Below are positions 1 through 10,003 of a stretch of DNA of 64,000 nucleotides, one piece after another. The notes under the pieces are model-generated. The model had not been told where the DNA came from and made no database searches. It saw nothing but the letters and a program-made list of their open reading frames with translations. The position numbers were made by a program, and so were the translations under genes. The stretch is from an uncultured archaeon (GTDB lineage Archaea > Aenigmatarchaeota > Aenigmatarchaeia > GW2011-AR5): NCBI GenBank assembly GCA_964599215.1, contig CAZRDV010000001.1, positions 55,615-119,614 on the forward strand. The letters are read 5' to 3'. The number at the start of each line of letters is the position of its first letter. Position 1 is the first letter of the stretch.

Positions 1-864
1 GCCTACCTTTCCCAGGATGTTGCTCTTGGCACCAATTTTGTGTTCATAGGTATAATGGTAATGATAGCACCATACTCTATTTACAAGTTCTTTGAATTCA
101 GGCGTCTGAAGAGGTATGAGGACGGTTTTCCGGCATTTCTGAGAGATGTTGCCGAGTCCCAGAGGGCTGGTTTGTCGATTATACAGGCAATACGGGTTGC
201 CTCAAAAAATGATTACGGGTTGCTCAGCATCGAAATAAAGAGGATGAACGCAAAGCTAAGCTGGAACGTACCGCTTGAAAAGGTATTGAATGATTTTAGC
301 AGGAAGGTAAGAAAAAACAAGACAATGGTAAGATCAATAATGATAATGCAGGAGGCAAACAAATCAGGCGGTAACATAGAAGAAACCATGGAATCACTTG
401 CAAATAACATAGACATGATAAGAGAGGTCCAGGACGAGAAGGGCATGCTGATGCACCAGCAGGTTATGATGATGTATGCAATCTTCTTCATATTCCTTGG
501 TATAAGCATAGCACTGATTAAATTTCTGATACCAATGCTACAGACCCAGGCATTTGATATGGGGGCTGTGCAGGGTTTCAGTTCAAACCCATGTTCTGTA
601 TGCATGGATGGGGGTGAGGGATGCGCTCCGTGTGAACTGTTCTTTGGAGTGTCTTCATCTTTTGGTTTTGGTGGTAAAGAAGACCCGAGCGGGTATTACA
701 AAGCCCTGTTCTTTCTCATGATAATAATTCAGGGTTTCTTTTCCGGTTTAATCGCCGGCCAGGTAGGGTCTGATTCTATTATTGCTGGCTTAAGGCATTC
801 TATGATTATGCTGCTGTTGGGTATTTTTGCCTTTATTTTGGTAATAAAACTAGGGTTCATATAG
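1..864 (+). CDS. Type II secretion system F (TadC/ArlJ-like) pilus platform membrane protein, 5'-truncated by the window edge
   Basis: Frame is open from position 1. T2SSF-type motifs FPAFLRDVAESQRAG...YGLLS.EI and SGGNIEETMESLA, plus TM helices. Followed by pilin-like genes. Confidence 0.85.
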   Translation, partial: AYLSQDVALGTNFVFIGIMVMIAPYSIYKFFEFRRLKRYEDGFPAFLRDVAESQRAGLSIIQAIRVASKNDYGLLSIEIKRMNAKLSWNVPLEKVLNDFSRKVRKNKTMVRSIMIMQEANKSGGNIEETMESLANNIDMIREVQDEKGMLMHQQVMMMYAIFFIFLGISIALIKFLIPMLQTQAFDMGAVQGFSSNPCSVCMDGGEGCAPCELFFGVSSSFGFGGKEDPSGYYKALFFLMIIIQGFFSGLIAGQVGSDSIIAGLRHSMIMLLLGIFAFILVIKLGFI

Positions 865-880
865 CTCTTTGGTGGTTTGG

Positions 881-1315
881 ATGAAGGGCATAATCAATAT
901 AGAATTTGTTATCTCTCTGTTGGTTTTCATAAGCACAGTATCTTTCGTATCAATGATGGTAATAAACAGTTTTCCGGCTTTGCGTTATGAAGCTCTTAGC
1001 AATGATATGAAATCAAAGGCCTACCAGCTTTCAAATGTTATACTTGCTAATTTCTCAGGCCAAGAAACATATGCCCTTGACATGAACAGGATAAACGAAA
1101 TGAAGAACAATTACTGCTACGGTCCTGATGCTTATGAAGCTTTTAGAAACCTATTTTCAGAAAATTTGATACTTGAGATTGAACAGCTTGACGGCACCAC
1201 GCTGATTTCATGTAAGCCTCCTGTAGAAACTCGTTTAAAACCAGAATTTACACTGAAAAGATTTGCTACCGTTAACAATGAAATAATTATCATGAGCATT
1301 GGAATTATAAGGTAA
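881..1315 (+). CDS. Pilin-like protein with class III signal peptide
   Basis: MKG|IINIEFVISLLVF: basic-Gly cleavage site, Glu at +5, hydrophobic helix. ATG at 881 preferred over TTG at 869. Confidence 0.75.
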   Translation: MKGIINIEFVISLLVFISTVSFVSMMVINSFPALRYEALSNDMKSKAYQLSNVILANFSGQETYALDMNRINEMKNNYCYGPDAYEAFRNLFSENLILEIEQLDGTTLISCKPPVETRLKPEFTLKRFATVNNEIIIMSIGIIR

Positions 1316-1320
1316 TATTG

Positions 1321-2343
1321 ATGAAGGGTTTTGTAAGAATATTAGAGGCTGTGATAGCTTCGTTTGTTATACTGATATCTCTGAGCTATTTTATTACAGC
1401 GCCATCAGGTTATGACTATTGGGACGAAACGTTGTTAAGAATCCAGGCCCAGGATGCATTAGCAAGCCTTTACAAGAGTGGTTCATTGGAAAATTATATA
1501 ATAAATAATGATATAGATGGGATTAACAACACGCTGACTGCGATGCTGCCGGGAACTGCTGATTTTTCTGTAGAGATAAAAGGCATGCCAGGCACGATAA
1601 TTTATATAGGCTGTAACTGCAGCGATGCTGAGCTAGCTAATTTAGAAAATATGCTAGGTAAAACCGGGGGTGAAATACGCCTTACATATAATGGACGGCA
1701 AATCGAGATACGGGTGAGTAAGTCTTCTATAGATAATATTGACCCAAGAACCAATATATATTTTATGTTTGATTACACAGACCTGAATCCTTACAAGGAT
1801 AAAATGAACGGTTTTCTCCAGGCCGGCGGAACACTATTCATGCTAGCTGATTTAGATGAAAGTAAGGTTGAAGACGGTATCCTAGATGAGACGTTTGGAC
1901 TGGAATGGACAGACATAACTGCCTCAACAAGTGGAAAATTCTATAACTACGGGGATGTAGAAAAGAGGTCCCACTGGATTAGAAACTATTTCTTAGGCCT
2001 GTCTGGAAATGAGAGCGAAATAGAATTTGACAATGGCAGAGGCGTAGTCAATGATGATAGGACAGTGATAATCGATGATACATATCAGGTATCCAAGGTA
2101 AAGATCAATGAACTTAATTGTGGCAGGACGGTCTGGTTTGCTGGTTATGACGGATCAGGTGATATGAACGATCTGCTGAAGGCCCTTATTCTATGGTCAG
2201 CTGATAACGGGTATAGGATGGATCCTGGCTATAAAACCGCAATGATAGATAAACTGAAGAACAGTGATATTCCTTACACAGAGGCAAGTTATTTATTACC
2301 GAACTACGAAGTGAGATTAAGGGTGTGGGGAATTTTCTACTAA
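1321..2343 (+). CDS. Large minor pilin-like protein (class III signal peptide)
   Basis: MKG|FVRILEAVIASFVILISL N-terminus; operonic with the upstream pilus genes. Confidence 0.7.
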   Translation: MKGFVRILEAVIASFVILISLSYFITAPSGYDYWDETLLRIQAQDALASLYKSGSLENYIINNDIDGINNTLTAMLPGTADFSVEIKGMPGTIIYIGCNCSDAELANLENMLGKTGGEIRLTYNGRQIEIRVSKSSIDNIDPRTNIYFMFDYTDLNPYKDKMNGFLQAGGTLFMLADLDESKVEDGILDETFGLEWTDITASTSGKFYNYGDVEKRSHWIRNYFLGLSGNESEIEFDNGRGVVNDDRTVIIDDTYQVSKVKINELNCGRTVWFAGYDGSGDMNDLLKALILWSADNGYRMDPGYKTAMIDKLKNSDIPYTEASYLLPNYEVRLRVWGIFY

Positions 2344-2391
2344 CTGCTTAGATGATTAAAAGCCTTATAAGTTTTTAATCTGATTATCATT

Positions 2392-4980
2392 ATGGGTTTT
2401 AAGCTGGCTGCTGCCTTTTTTATTGTACTATTTCTGATAATGTTCATCCCGAGTGTATACGGTGATCTTCTCTGGTTTTCTTCTATAAATTATCAGTCCG
2501 TATTCTGGACAGTATTCACGACCAATGTCTATCTTTTTCTGGCAGGCACGGTAATCTTCTTCCTGTTCCTGTTTATTAACCTGAAACTGGTGAAACGGTT
2601 TTCGAAGAAGAATATATCCTCTTCTATAGTTTTGATAGTTATATTCTTTTCATTGCTACTGGGTATTGTTTTCAGCTCTGGCTGGGAAACTGCACTGAAA
2701 TTCTTCAACTCTGCGCCGTTCGGAACAACTGACCCGGTTTTTGGCAATGACCTGTCTTTCTATGCATTCGACCTGCCGTTTTACTATTATATTCTTTCAT
2801 ATTGTTTCATCCTTGTTATCTTCACAATTGCAATAACAACAATAATCTATATGGCCTATTTCAAGGTGTTTTCTGTCGAGAAGAACCAGAAAAATGTAAA
2901 AACAATGGGTCTGAAAACGAACTTCAAAAAATTCAAGTCAGCAAAAACCCATATCTCGGTGCTTCTTGCAATCCTGTTTTTCCTATTAGGAATATTTCTG
3001 TTCTTAAGCAGGTATGAGGTACTTTTTTCAACAAGAGGCGCGGTTTTTGGTGCTGGTTATACTGACCTGAATATACAACTGCCGTTCTTGCTGATATCAT
3101 CAATTGCCTCCTTTGTTGTTGGCTTTACACTACTTATATCAAGGAAGAAGCTACCGTTGATTGCTGTCTCAATATTGCTAGTTATTTTGTTTATTGGTTC
3201 TATTGCTGGTCTTGCTGTTCAGAAGCTTATTGTAGAGCCTGATGAGTTTACTGTAGAAAGGGAATACATATCAAGAAACATAGAGAATACAATAGAGGCC
3301 TATAACCTTGGTTTTGATGAGAAACAGTTCCCTGCTACCTATGACCTGACAAAAGATGATATAGATGATAACAGCGCCACCATCGACAATATAAGGCTCT
3401 GGGACTTCAGGCCATTGGTGAGAACATATAACCAGTTACAGATATTCAGGACATACTATGATTTTAATGATGTTGATGTTGACAGATATTACTTTGATTC
3501 GAATTATAAACAGGTTATGCTTTCTTCAAGGGAGCTTGACCAAGACAGTCTTGCAGATAAAGCCAAGACCTGGGTCAATGAGCACCTGGTTTATACACAT
3601 GGTTATGGATTGGCAATGAGTCCTGTTGACCGGGTAAGCGAGGGTGGGCTGCCGGAATTTTATGTCAAGGACATACCGCCTGTTGGCATGCAGATAGAAA
3701 GGCCTGAGATATATTACGGTGAAAAAACCGATGACTTTGTAGTTGTTAACACGAAGACAGAGGAGTTTGATTATCCAACAGGTGAAGAGAATGTATATAC
3801 AATATACGAGGGAGATGGCGGGATAGAGCTTAGTGCTCTGAGGAGATTGGCGTATGCAATGAAATTCGGGTCCGTAGAATTGCTGTTATCAGGATCCATA
3901 ACCGACCAGAGCAGGATAATGTTATACAGAAATATAGAAGAAAGGGTAAGCAGGATTGCTCCGTTCCTTAGTTATGACAATGACCCTTACATAGTCATAA
4001 GTGATGGAAAGATGTACTGGATTTATGATGCATACTCTACAACTGACAGGTATCCTTATTCTGAACCGATCGGGGGTTTCAATTACGTAAGAAACTCTGT
4101 TAAGATAGTGATAGACCCTTACAACGGTAAGCTTACATATTATATAATAGATGAAGAGCCCATTATCAATACATATAAAAATATATTTCCTGACCTCTTC
4201 AAAGACTTCTCTGAGATGCCGGATGATCTTAAAAAACACATAAGGTATCCTGAAGATCTCTTCAGCATCCAGGCCAGTCTTTATTCAACTTACCATATGA
4301 GGGACCCGAGGGTATTCTACAACAAAGAGGACCAGTGGATAATACCAGAAGAGATATACAGGAGCAGGAAGCAACAGATGGTGCCTTATTATGTGATAAT
4401 GAAACTGCCAGAAGAGGAAAAAGAGGAGTTCATCTTAATGATACCGTTTGTTCCTAGGGGTAAGGACAACATGATAGGATGGATGGCTGCAAGATGCGAT
4501 GATAGCTATGGAAATGTGATTGTGTACCTGTTCAGCAAACAGGAGCTTATCTACGGTCCTTTGCAGATTGAGGCACGTATCGACCAAGATACTGACATAT
4601 CACAGCTCATAACCCTATGGGACCAGGCAGGGTCTGAGGTTATAAGAGGCAATTTGTTGGTGATACCTATAGAGAATTCATTGTTGTACGTGGAGACGCT
4701 GTACCTGCAATCAAGCGAGACAGCAATACCAGAGCTGAAGAGGGTTATCGTGGCTTATGGTGATTCGTTAACAATGCAGGAAAGCCTGGAAGAGGCCCTG
4801 AACACAATATTCGGGGAGAGTGAGGCAGGACAAGAAAAAACAAAGGAAGAGCTAATCAGCCAGGCAATGGAACATTACAATAGCGCATTGGCGTACTTAA
4901 AAGATGGTGATTTCGCAAAATACGGCGAGGAAATAGAAAACCTTGGGTCATTGTTAGAAGCCCTTCAGGACACCGTCTAA
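2392..4980 (+). CDS. UPF0182 family membrane protein
   Basis: Multiple N-terminal TMs; motifs DPVFGNDLSFY.F.LPF, GAGYTD, NIRLWD, HLVYTHGYG, FNYVRNSVK, VIRGNLLVIP. Confidence 0.9.
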   Translation: MGFKLAAAFFIVLFLIMFIPSVYGDLLWFSSINYQSVFWTVFTTNVYLFLAGTVIFFLFLFINLKLVKRFSKKNISSSIVLIVIFFSLLLGIVFSSGWETALKFFNSAPFGTTDPVFGNDLSFYAFDLPFYYYILSYCFILVIFTIAITTIIYMAYFKVFSVEKNQKNVKTMGLKTNFKKFKSAKTHISVLLAILFFLLGIFLFLSRYEVLFSTRGAVFGAGYTDLNIQLPFLLISSIASFVVGFTLLISRKKLPLIAVSILLVILFIGSIAGLAVQKLIVEPDEFTVEREYISRNIENTIEAYNLGFDEKQFPATYDLTKDDIDDNSATIDNIRLWDFRPLVRTYNQLQIFRTYYDFNDVDVDRYYFDSNYKQVMLSSRELDQDSLADKAKTWVNEHLVYTHGYGLAMSPVDRVSEGGLPEFYVKDIPPVGMQIERPEIYYGEKTDDFVVVNTKTEEFDYPTGEENVYTIYEGDGGIELSALRRLAYAMKFGSVELLLSGSITDQSRIMLYRNIEERVSRIAPFLSYDNDPYIVISDGKMYWIYDAYSTTDRYPYSEPIGGFNYVRNSVKIVIDPYNGKLTYYIIDEEPIINTYKNIFPDLFKDFSEMPDDLKKHIRYPEDLFSIQASLYSTYHMRDPRVFYNKEDQWIIPEEIYRSRKQQMVPYYVIMKLPEEEKEEFILMIPFVPRGKDNMIGWMAARCDDSYGNVIVYLFSKQELIYGPLQIEARIDQDTDISQLITLWDQAGSEVIRGNLLVIPIENSLLYVETLYLQSSETAIPELKRVIVAYGDSLTMQESLEEALNTIFGESEAGQEKTKEELISQAMEHYNSALAYLKDGDFAKYGEEIENLGSLLEALQDTV

Positions 4981-5013
4981 GTATTTTTTAAACATTTCTT
5001 CAATATTATTAAC

Positions 5014-5628
5014 ATGTTCTGTATAAAGTGCGGTAAAAAAGCAGAGATAGGAAATTTTTGCAGCAGCTGTTTTCTTGGCAAGGAGAGCTTATTTGAAATA
5101 AAAGACTTTTTACTGTATGTCTGTGACTGCGGTTCTTATTATGATAAGGTGTGGAGAAAAGCAGATAACGACATTATAAAAGAACAGATAGGAAAAAGGA
5201 TAAAGACAAAATACAGACTCGTAAAGAAGGAGATTGCTCTAAAGAGCTATGGAAACAGGGTAGCTGCTACTATAGTCTGCTATGGAATCGTGCATGCCCA
5301 TAAAAAGAAAGAGGAAAGAAAAATAACAATAACCATCAAGAAAAGAAAATGCGACACCTGTGTAAAATTATTAGGCAGGTACTATGAGGCTGTCCTGCAG
5401 ATAAGAGGCGAATACAACAAGATTTTTAATAAGATTAAAAGCCGGCTGCCGAAAACAGCCAGAACAGAAAAAACAAAGCATGGCTATGATATCCGTTTTC
5501 TTAAGAAATCAGAAGCTGCCAAGATAGCAAAGGCATTAAAGGTTAGATATGAAGTAAAGAGTTCCTTCAAGTTTGTTGCTACAAAGAAGGGCAAGAAATT
5601 ATACAGGAACTACTATTCTGTAAGATGA
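5014..5628 (+). CDS. NMD3 family protein
   Basis: N-terminal CxxC pairs, C..C...GRYYEAVLQIR and GKKLYR...SVR; typical position upstream of aIF-1A. Confidence 0.8.
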   Translation: MFCIKCGKKAEIGNFCSSCFLGKESLFEIKDFLLYVCDCGSYYDKVWRKADNDIIKEQIGKRIKTKYRLVKKEIALKSYGNRVAATIVCYGIVHAHKKKEERKITITIKKRKCDTCVKLLGRYYEAVLQIRGEYNKIFNKIKSRLPKTARTEKTKHGYDIRFLKKSEAAKIAKALKVRYEVKSSFKFVATKKGKKLYRNYYSVR

Positions 5629-5680
5629 AGCTACTGTTGTATATAAATAATTATTATAAAATAATAATTGAGTTGGTAAC

Positions 5681-5962
5681 ATGGAACCGGTTGGCAGGGT
5701 CAGAATACCGAAAAAGGGCGAGATTCTGGGTATTATTGAGAGTACCCTAGGTGCGAGCAGGCTTAGGGTAAGATGCAATGACGGTAAAATGAGGATATGC
5801 AGGATACCGGGAAAGCTGAGAAAAAGGGTATGGATGCGTATTGGTGATGTTGTAATTGTTAAGCCCTGGGAGATACAAAATGATAATGGCGATGCAATAT
5901 GGAGATACACTGCTGCTGAAGCTGGATGGCTTAGAAGAAAGGGCATACTAAAAAGTTTCTAA
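5681..5962 (+). CDS. eif1a: Translation initiation factor aIF-1A
   Basis: [38 protein letters not shown] signature. Confidence 0.95.
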   Translation: MEPVGRVRIPKKGEILGIIESTLGASRLRVRCNDGKMRICRIPGKLRKRVWMRIGDVVIVKPWEIQNDNGDAIWRYTAAEAGWLRRKGILKSF

Positions 5963-5970
5963 ATGTTGTT

Positions 5971-6459
5971 ATGATTGACAGAATCCGAATTCCGAAAAAA
6001 AGAATTTCCGTGCTTGTTGAAAATAAGGGAATGGTTGAAGAGGCTACAAAAACCAAAATAAAATTAAACGATGAAATAACAGTAGCTGGTGGGCCTTTAG
6101 AGATAATGGACGCAAAAAACATGATAAAGGCCATTGGCCGCGGGTTTACAGTAGATACTGCTTTAGAACTGACAGACGAAAAAAATAATTTATGTATAAT
6201 ACCTTTACCAGATGATAGAAAAAAATTAAAGAGGGTTAGAGCAAGAATAATTGGCACAGGGGGTAGGAGCAAGAAAAAGATAGAAAAACTGACTTTTACA
6301 AAAATTGCTGTTTATGGGAAAACTGTCAGTATAATCGGAAAGTATGAAAATGTTGATATCACAAGAGAGGCCATAGAGAAGCTTATAAGAGGTTCTCCGC
6401 ACTCCACGGTGTATAGATTTATTGAAAGGTTATCAAAAAAGTTGAGTGATGTTGTATGA
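5971..6459 (+). CDS. KH-domain RNA-processing protein (Dim2/Pno1/Krr1 family)
   Basis: KAIGRGF, RIIGTGG (GxxG), VYGKTVSIIG, LIRGSPHSTVYRFIE. Confidence 0.9.
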   Translation: MIDRIRIPKKRISVLVENKGMVEEATKTKIKLNDEITVAGGPLEIMDAKNMIKAIGRGFTVDTALELTDEKNNLCIIPLPDDRKKLKRVRARIIGTGGRSKKKIEKLTFTKIAVYGKTVSIIGKYENVDITREAIEKLIRGSPHSTVYRFIERLSKKLSDVV

Positions 6460-8009
6460 AGACTGCTGCTGAGCTTGCAAAAGAGCAGAAAGAGATAAGT
6501 ATAAGCGAATTCTTCGAGAAGAACAAGCATCTGCTTGGTTTTGATAATCCAACAAAGGCACTGATGATGACGGTAAAGGAGGGTGTTGACAATTCCCTGG
6601 ATGCAGCAGAAGAGGCGGGTATACTGCCTGATGTTAATGTCAGGATAAAAAATATATCCGATGATAAATTCCAGATTGTAATACAGGACAACGGCCCTGG
6701 TATCGTAAAGGAACAGGTACCAAGGGTATTTGGCAAGCTGCTTTACGGATCCAAGTTCCACAGGCTTAAACAGAACAGGGGCCAGCAGGGGCTTGGTATA
6801 AGCTGCTCTGTTTTATATTCACAGCTAACAACAGGTTCTCCAACCAAGGTCTGGTCAAAAATTGATAACAAAAACAAAACGCATTACTATGAACTCAACA
6901 TAAACACAATCAAGAACGAGCCGGAGATATTGAAAGAGGAAGATATAAACGACGGCTTGAAAGAGCATGGAATAAAAATAGAGATGAGAACCATAGGCAG
7001 GTATAGAAAAACCATTGAAGATTACCTAAAACAGACGTCGATAGCGAATCCGTTTGCAAAGATAGTTTACAACGCGCCGGATGGTACCAGAATTACGTTT
7101 CCCAGGTCTGTTGATGCTCTGCCAAAGCCTGCCAGGGAAATGAGACCCCACCCTTACGGGGTGGAGTTTGGGGTTTTGCTTAGAATGCTAAGCAAAACCA
7201 AGAGCAAGAATCTGGCTTCGTTTCTGTCAAATGAATTCTCTTCGCTTGGTGCCCACTCATCTAATCTGATATGTAAAACAGCCAGACTGGACAGAAACCT
7301 GAAACCTGCAAAACTTACAAGAGATGAGATTGAAAAACTGCTTAATGCAATGCAGAAGGTAAAGATACAGAGGCCACCTTTGGACTGCCTCTCGCCTATA
7401 GGAGACAAGGAACTGGAAAAGAGCCTCAAGAAAGAGTACCCAGAATCTGAATTCATAACCACTGTTCAGAGGGAGCCTGAGGTCTACAGGGGCTTCCCAT
7501 TCATAATAGAGTGCGCAATCGTGTACGGTGCAAAGACCGATAAGATGGATGTTATCCGGTTTGCAAACAGAGTGCCACTGCTGTACCAGGCAGGCGCATG
7601 CGCGATAACCGAGGCTGTCAGAAATGTAGAGTGGAAGCGGTACAACTTACCACAGAGTGGAAATGAGGTTTCAGCGCCGGTTCTGCTTATAGTCCATATG
7701 TGTTCCACATGGGTTCCTTTCATATCAGAGAGCAAAGAGGCAATTGCCAGCTATCCAGAAATAGTAAAGGAGATGAAGCTGGCAATACAGGATGTGGCCC
7801 GTGATGTATCAAGGTTCTTATCTGGTAAACGAAAAGTAGGTGAACAAAAGAGGAGATTGCTTCTCTTTGAAAGGTATGCACATGAAGTCGCTTCCTCTGT
7901 AGCCAAGCTAACAGGCAAGAATGAGAAGGATATAGAAAACCGACTTAAGGATTTAATTTCTAAAAGAATCAGGATAAGTGATAAGGATGAAGAGCAAAGT
8001 GAACAATAA
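6456..8009 (+). CDS. top6B: DNA topoisomerase VI subunit B
   Basis: GHKL motifs KEGVDNSLDAAEE, DNGPGI, GSKFHRLKQNRGQQGLGIS; RFANRVPLLYQ. Confidence 0.97.
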   Translation: MKTAAELAKEQKEISISEFFEKNKHLLGFDNPTKALMMTVKEGVDNSLDAAEEAGILPDVNVRIKNISDDKFQIVIQDNGPGIVKEQVPRVFGKLLYGSKFHRLKQNRGQQGLGISCSVLYSQLTTGSPTKVWSKIDNKNKTHYYELNINTIKNEPEILKEEDINDGLKEHGIKIEMRTIGRYRKTIEDYLKQTSIANPFAKIVYNAPDGTRITFPRSVDALPKPAREMRPHPYGVEFGVLLRMLSKTKSKNLASFLSNEFSSLGAHSSNLICKTARLDRNLKPAKLTRDEIEKLLNAMQKVKIQRPPLDCLSPIGDKELEKSLKKEYPESEFITTVQREPEVYRGFPFIIECAIVYGAKTDKMDVIRFANRVPLLYQAGACAITEAVRNVEWKRYNLPQSGNEVSAPVLLIVHMCSTWVPFISESKEAIASYPEIVKEMKLAIQDVARDVSRFLSGKRKVGEQKRRLLLFERYAHEVASSVAKLTGKNEKDIENRLKDLISKRIRISDKDEEQSEQ

Positions 8010-9063
8010 ATTAAAGGGGTTAGGTAGTGAAATAGAAGAGCAGATAGACAAGAAGCTGAACCCGAACATATCAATACCGATAAGGACCCTGTCAAATATA
8101 ATATACGACAAGTCCACAGGCCAGCTTACCCTTGGGGACAAGGTATCAAAAAGGTACTTCTTCAATGTTGCGCATGCAAAGAAATTTATGCAGACGATGA
8201 TGGTTGCATCTTTCTGCAATGATCTCATAGGCCAGAATATCCACGCAAGCATAAGGGACATGTTTTACAACCTTAAGAGGACATTGCCTGAAACAAGCGA
8301 GAATACCTTTGATGTTCAGAGCGAAAGCGATCCGATAATAATTGATCTTGAGGTTGCTCTGGATATCTTCAGGGAACAGCTTCATCTGACAACAGACAGA
8401 AAGGGCATAGTAGCAGGCAACGTCATAATAAAAGACAGGGGCGACAGCATTGACTGGTCTAAGCTTGGCAGCGGGGGCTGGTCAATACCCTCAACAGTAG
8501 AGGAAATAGAATTCAGTAAAGTAAATGCTGATTTCGTTCTTGTGGTTGAGAAAAATGCAGGTTTTGAACGCCTTCATGAAGATAAGTTCTGGCAAAAGCA
8601 TAACTGCATATTGATAGGAACCGGCGGGCAGCCGTCGCGTGGAACCAGGTTATTAATACAAAGGCTGAACAGGGAATATAAATTACCTGTATACGTTTTC
8701 ACGGACAGCGATGCATACGGGTGGTATATCTATTCGGTTATAAAGTCCGGTTCAATGAGTCTTGCCCATATCTCAGACAGGATAGCAACACCATCTGCAA
8801 AATTCATTGGACTAACCATATCAGACATATTCGAGTATGAACTGAAGAAATGTATCATCAAGGCAAGGGAGCTTGATATAAAGAGGGCGAAAGAGCTTTT
8901 GAATTACGAGTGGTTCAAGAGGCCGGAATGGCAGAAAGAGATAAACCTGATGATAAAGAAAGGTATAAAAGCCGAGATAGAGGCACTGTCACACCGTGGC
9001 CTGAAGTTCATGTCAGAAACATACCTGCCTGAAAAACTGAAGAAGAAGGCATTCCTTCCGTAA
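7987..9063 (+). CDS. top6A: DNA topoisomerase VI subunit A
   Basis: IRDMFY (catalytic Tyr region), Toprim VVEK, GGQPSRGTR, DSDAYG. Confidence 0.97.
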   Translation: MKSKVNNKLKGLGSEIEEQIDKKLNPNISIPIRTLSNIIYDKSTGQLTLGDKVSKRYFFNVAHAKKFMQTMMVASFCNDLIGQNIHASIRDMFYNLKRTLPETSENTFDVQSESDPIIIDLEVALDIFREQLHLTTDRKGIVAGNVIIKDRGDSIDWSKLGSGGWSIPSTVEEIEFSKVNADFVLVVEKNAGFERLHEDKFWQKHNCILIGTGGQPSRGTRLLIQRLNREYKLPVYVFTDSDAYGWYIYSVIKSGSMSLAHISDRIATPSAKFIGLTISDIFEYELKKCIIKARELDIKRAKELLNYEWFKRPEWQKEINLMIKKGIKAEIEALSHRGLKFMSETYLPEKLKKKAFLP

Positions 9064-9133
9064 CTTTCTCTGATTTAATCTTTTAAATCCTTTATTTTAT
9101 AACTTTAATCGATAAAATAATAAGTATTTTGCT

Positions 9134-9231
9134 GCCTCGGTAGCTCAGTAGGTAGAGCAGTTGGCTGTTAAGTGCCTCAAGGCTCATCCACAGTAACCAA
9201 AAGGTCACAGGTTCGAGTCCTGTCCGAGGCG
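9134..9231 (+). tRNA. tRNA-Asn(GTT) with 25-nt canonical intron (9171-9195)
   Basis: Acceptor GCCTCGG/CCGAGGC, T-arm ACAGG TTCGAGT CCTGT, anticodon GTT at 9167-9169. BHB motif: helix CTGT/ACAG with two TAA bulges. Confidence 0.93.
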
Positions 9232-9241
9232 CTTAACTAAA

Positions 9242-9315
9242 GGGAAGGTAGCTCAGCCTGGGAGAGCACACGGCTGAAGACCGTGCTGTCGTGGGTTCAA
9301 ATCCCACCCTTCCCA
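9242..9315 (+). tRNA. tRNA-Phe(GAA)
   Basis: GGGAAGG/CCTTCCC acceptor, CACGG CTGAAGA CCGTG anticodon arm, GTGGG TTCAAAT CCCAC T-arm. Confidence 0.96.
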
Positions 9316-9368
9316 TAATTTCTCAGCAAAACCAATCATTTTTTAAATATAAACGCCGAATAATAAGT

Positions 9369-9956
9369 ATGGCCTTTCAATACAGATATAAGGCATTCAC
9401 AATCAGCAACAAACTGTTAGGGGTTCTAAAAAGGAACAGCAGAGCCACAACCATAGTTTCTATTTTAATTATCCTAATCTTCTCGTTCTATCTGATAACA
9501 AGCAGTGTTACAGGTTATATCACATACACAGAAAACCTTGAAGCAAAGCTCAACGAAACGGAAAAAGACCTAGAAATCACAAAGGCCAGTATGGAAGCTT
9601 GCAGCAATAACCTGGCTGATACCAGAGACGACCTTAATTCATGTAATGCTGGCCTGGGTCAGAGCCAGTCACAGCTTTCAACCTGCGAAATACAAAGAAA
9701 TGATTTGACAGAAGAGAACTCACAGCTTGAATCAGATATGGCAGTGTGTGATTCAGAGAGAGCAGATTACCTAAACATGTATGAAACCCGGTTAGAGGCA
9801 TTTAATAACCTGGTTAGGAATTCTGTGAAAGCCATATGCTGCTCATTTAACGACATTGATTCTGGAACAACAAAAGAATGGGGAATAGCTGATAACAAGA
9901 TCGTCTGTACAGGAGGCTACCAGGTTAACTGCGGTACTGGAGAAACCAACTACTAG
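9369..9956 (+). CDS. Membrane-anchored Cys-containing coiled-coil protein
   Basis: One TM helix, long heptad region, Cys-rich C-terminal head. The ORF-track start lies inside tRNA-Phe, so ATG 9369 is used. Confidence 0.75.
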   Translation: MAFQYRYKAFTISNKLLGVLKRNSRATTIVSILIILIFSFYLITSSVTGYITYTENLEAKLNETEKDLEITKASMEACSNNLADTRDDLNSCNAGLGQSQSQLSTCEIQRNDLTEENSQLESDMAVCDSERADYLNMYETRLEAFNNLVRNSVKAICCSFNDIDSGTTKEWGIADNKIVCTGGYQVNCGTGETNY

Positions 9957-10003
9957 TCCTTAATAAAAACTTTAATACCTTATCAGAGAGATATTAGATA
10001 CCA

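Noticed and set aside
9291..9368. N-terminal extension of the 221-aa ORF
   Set aside because: Begins inside tRNA-Phe; ATG 9369 is more plausible.
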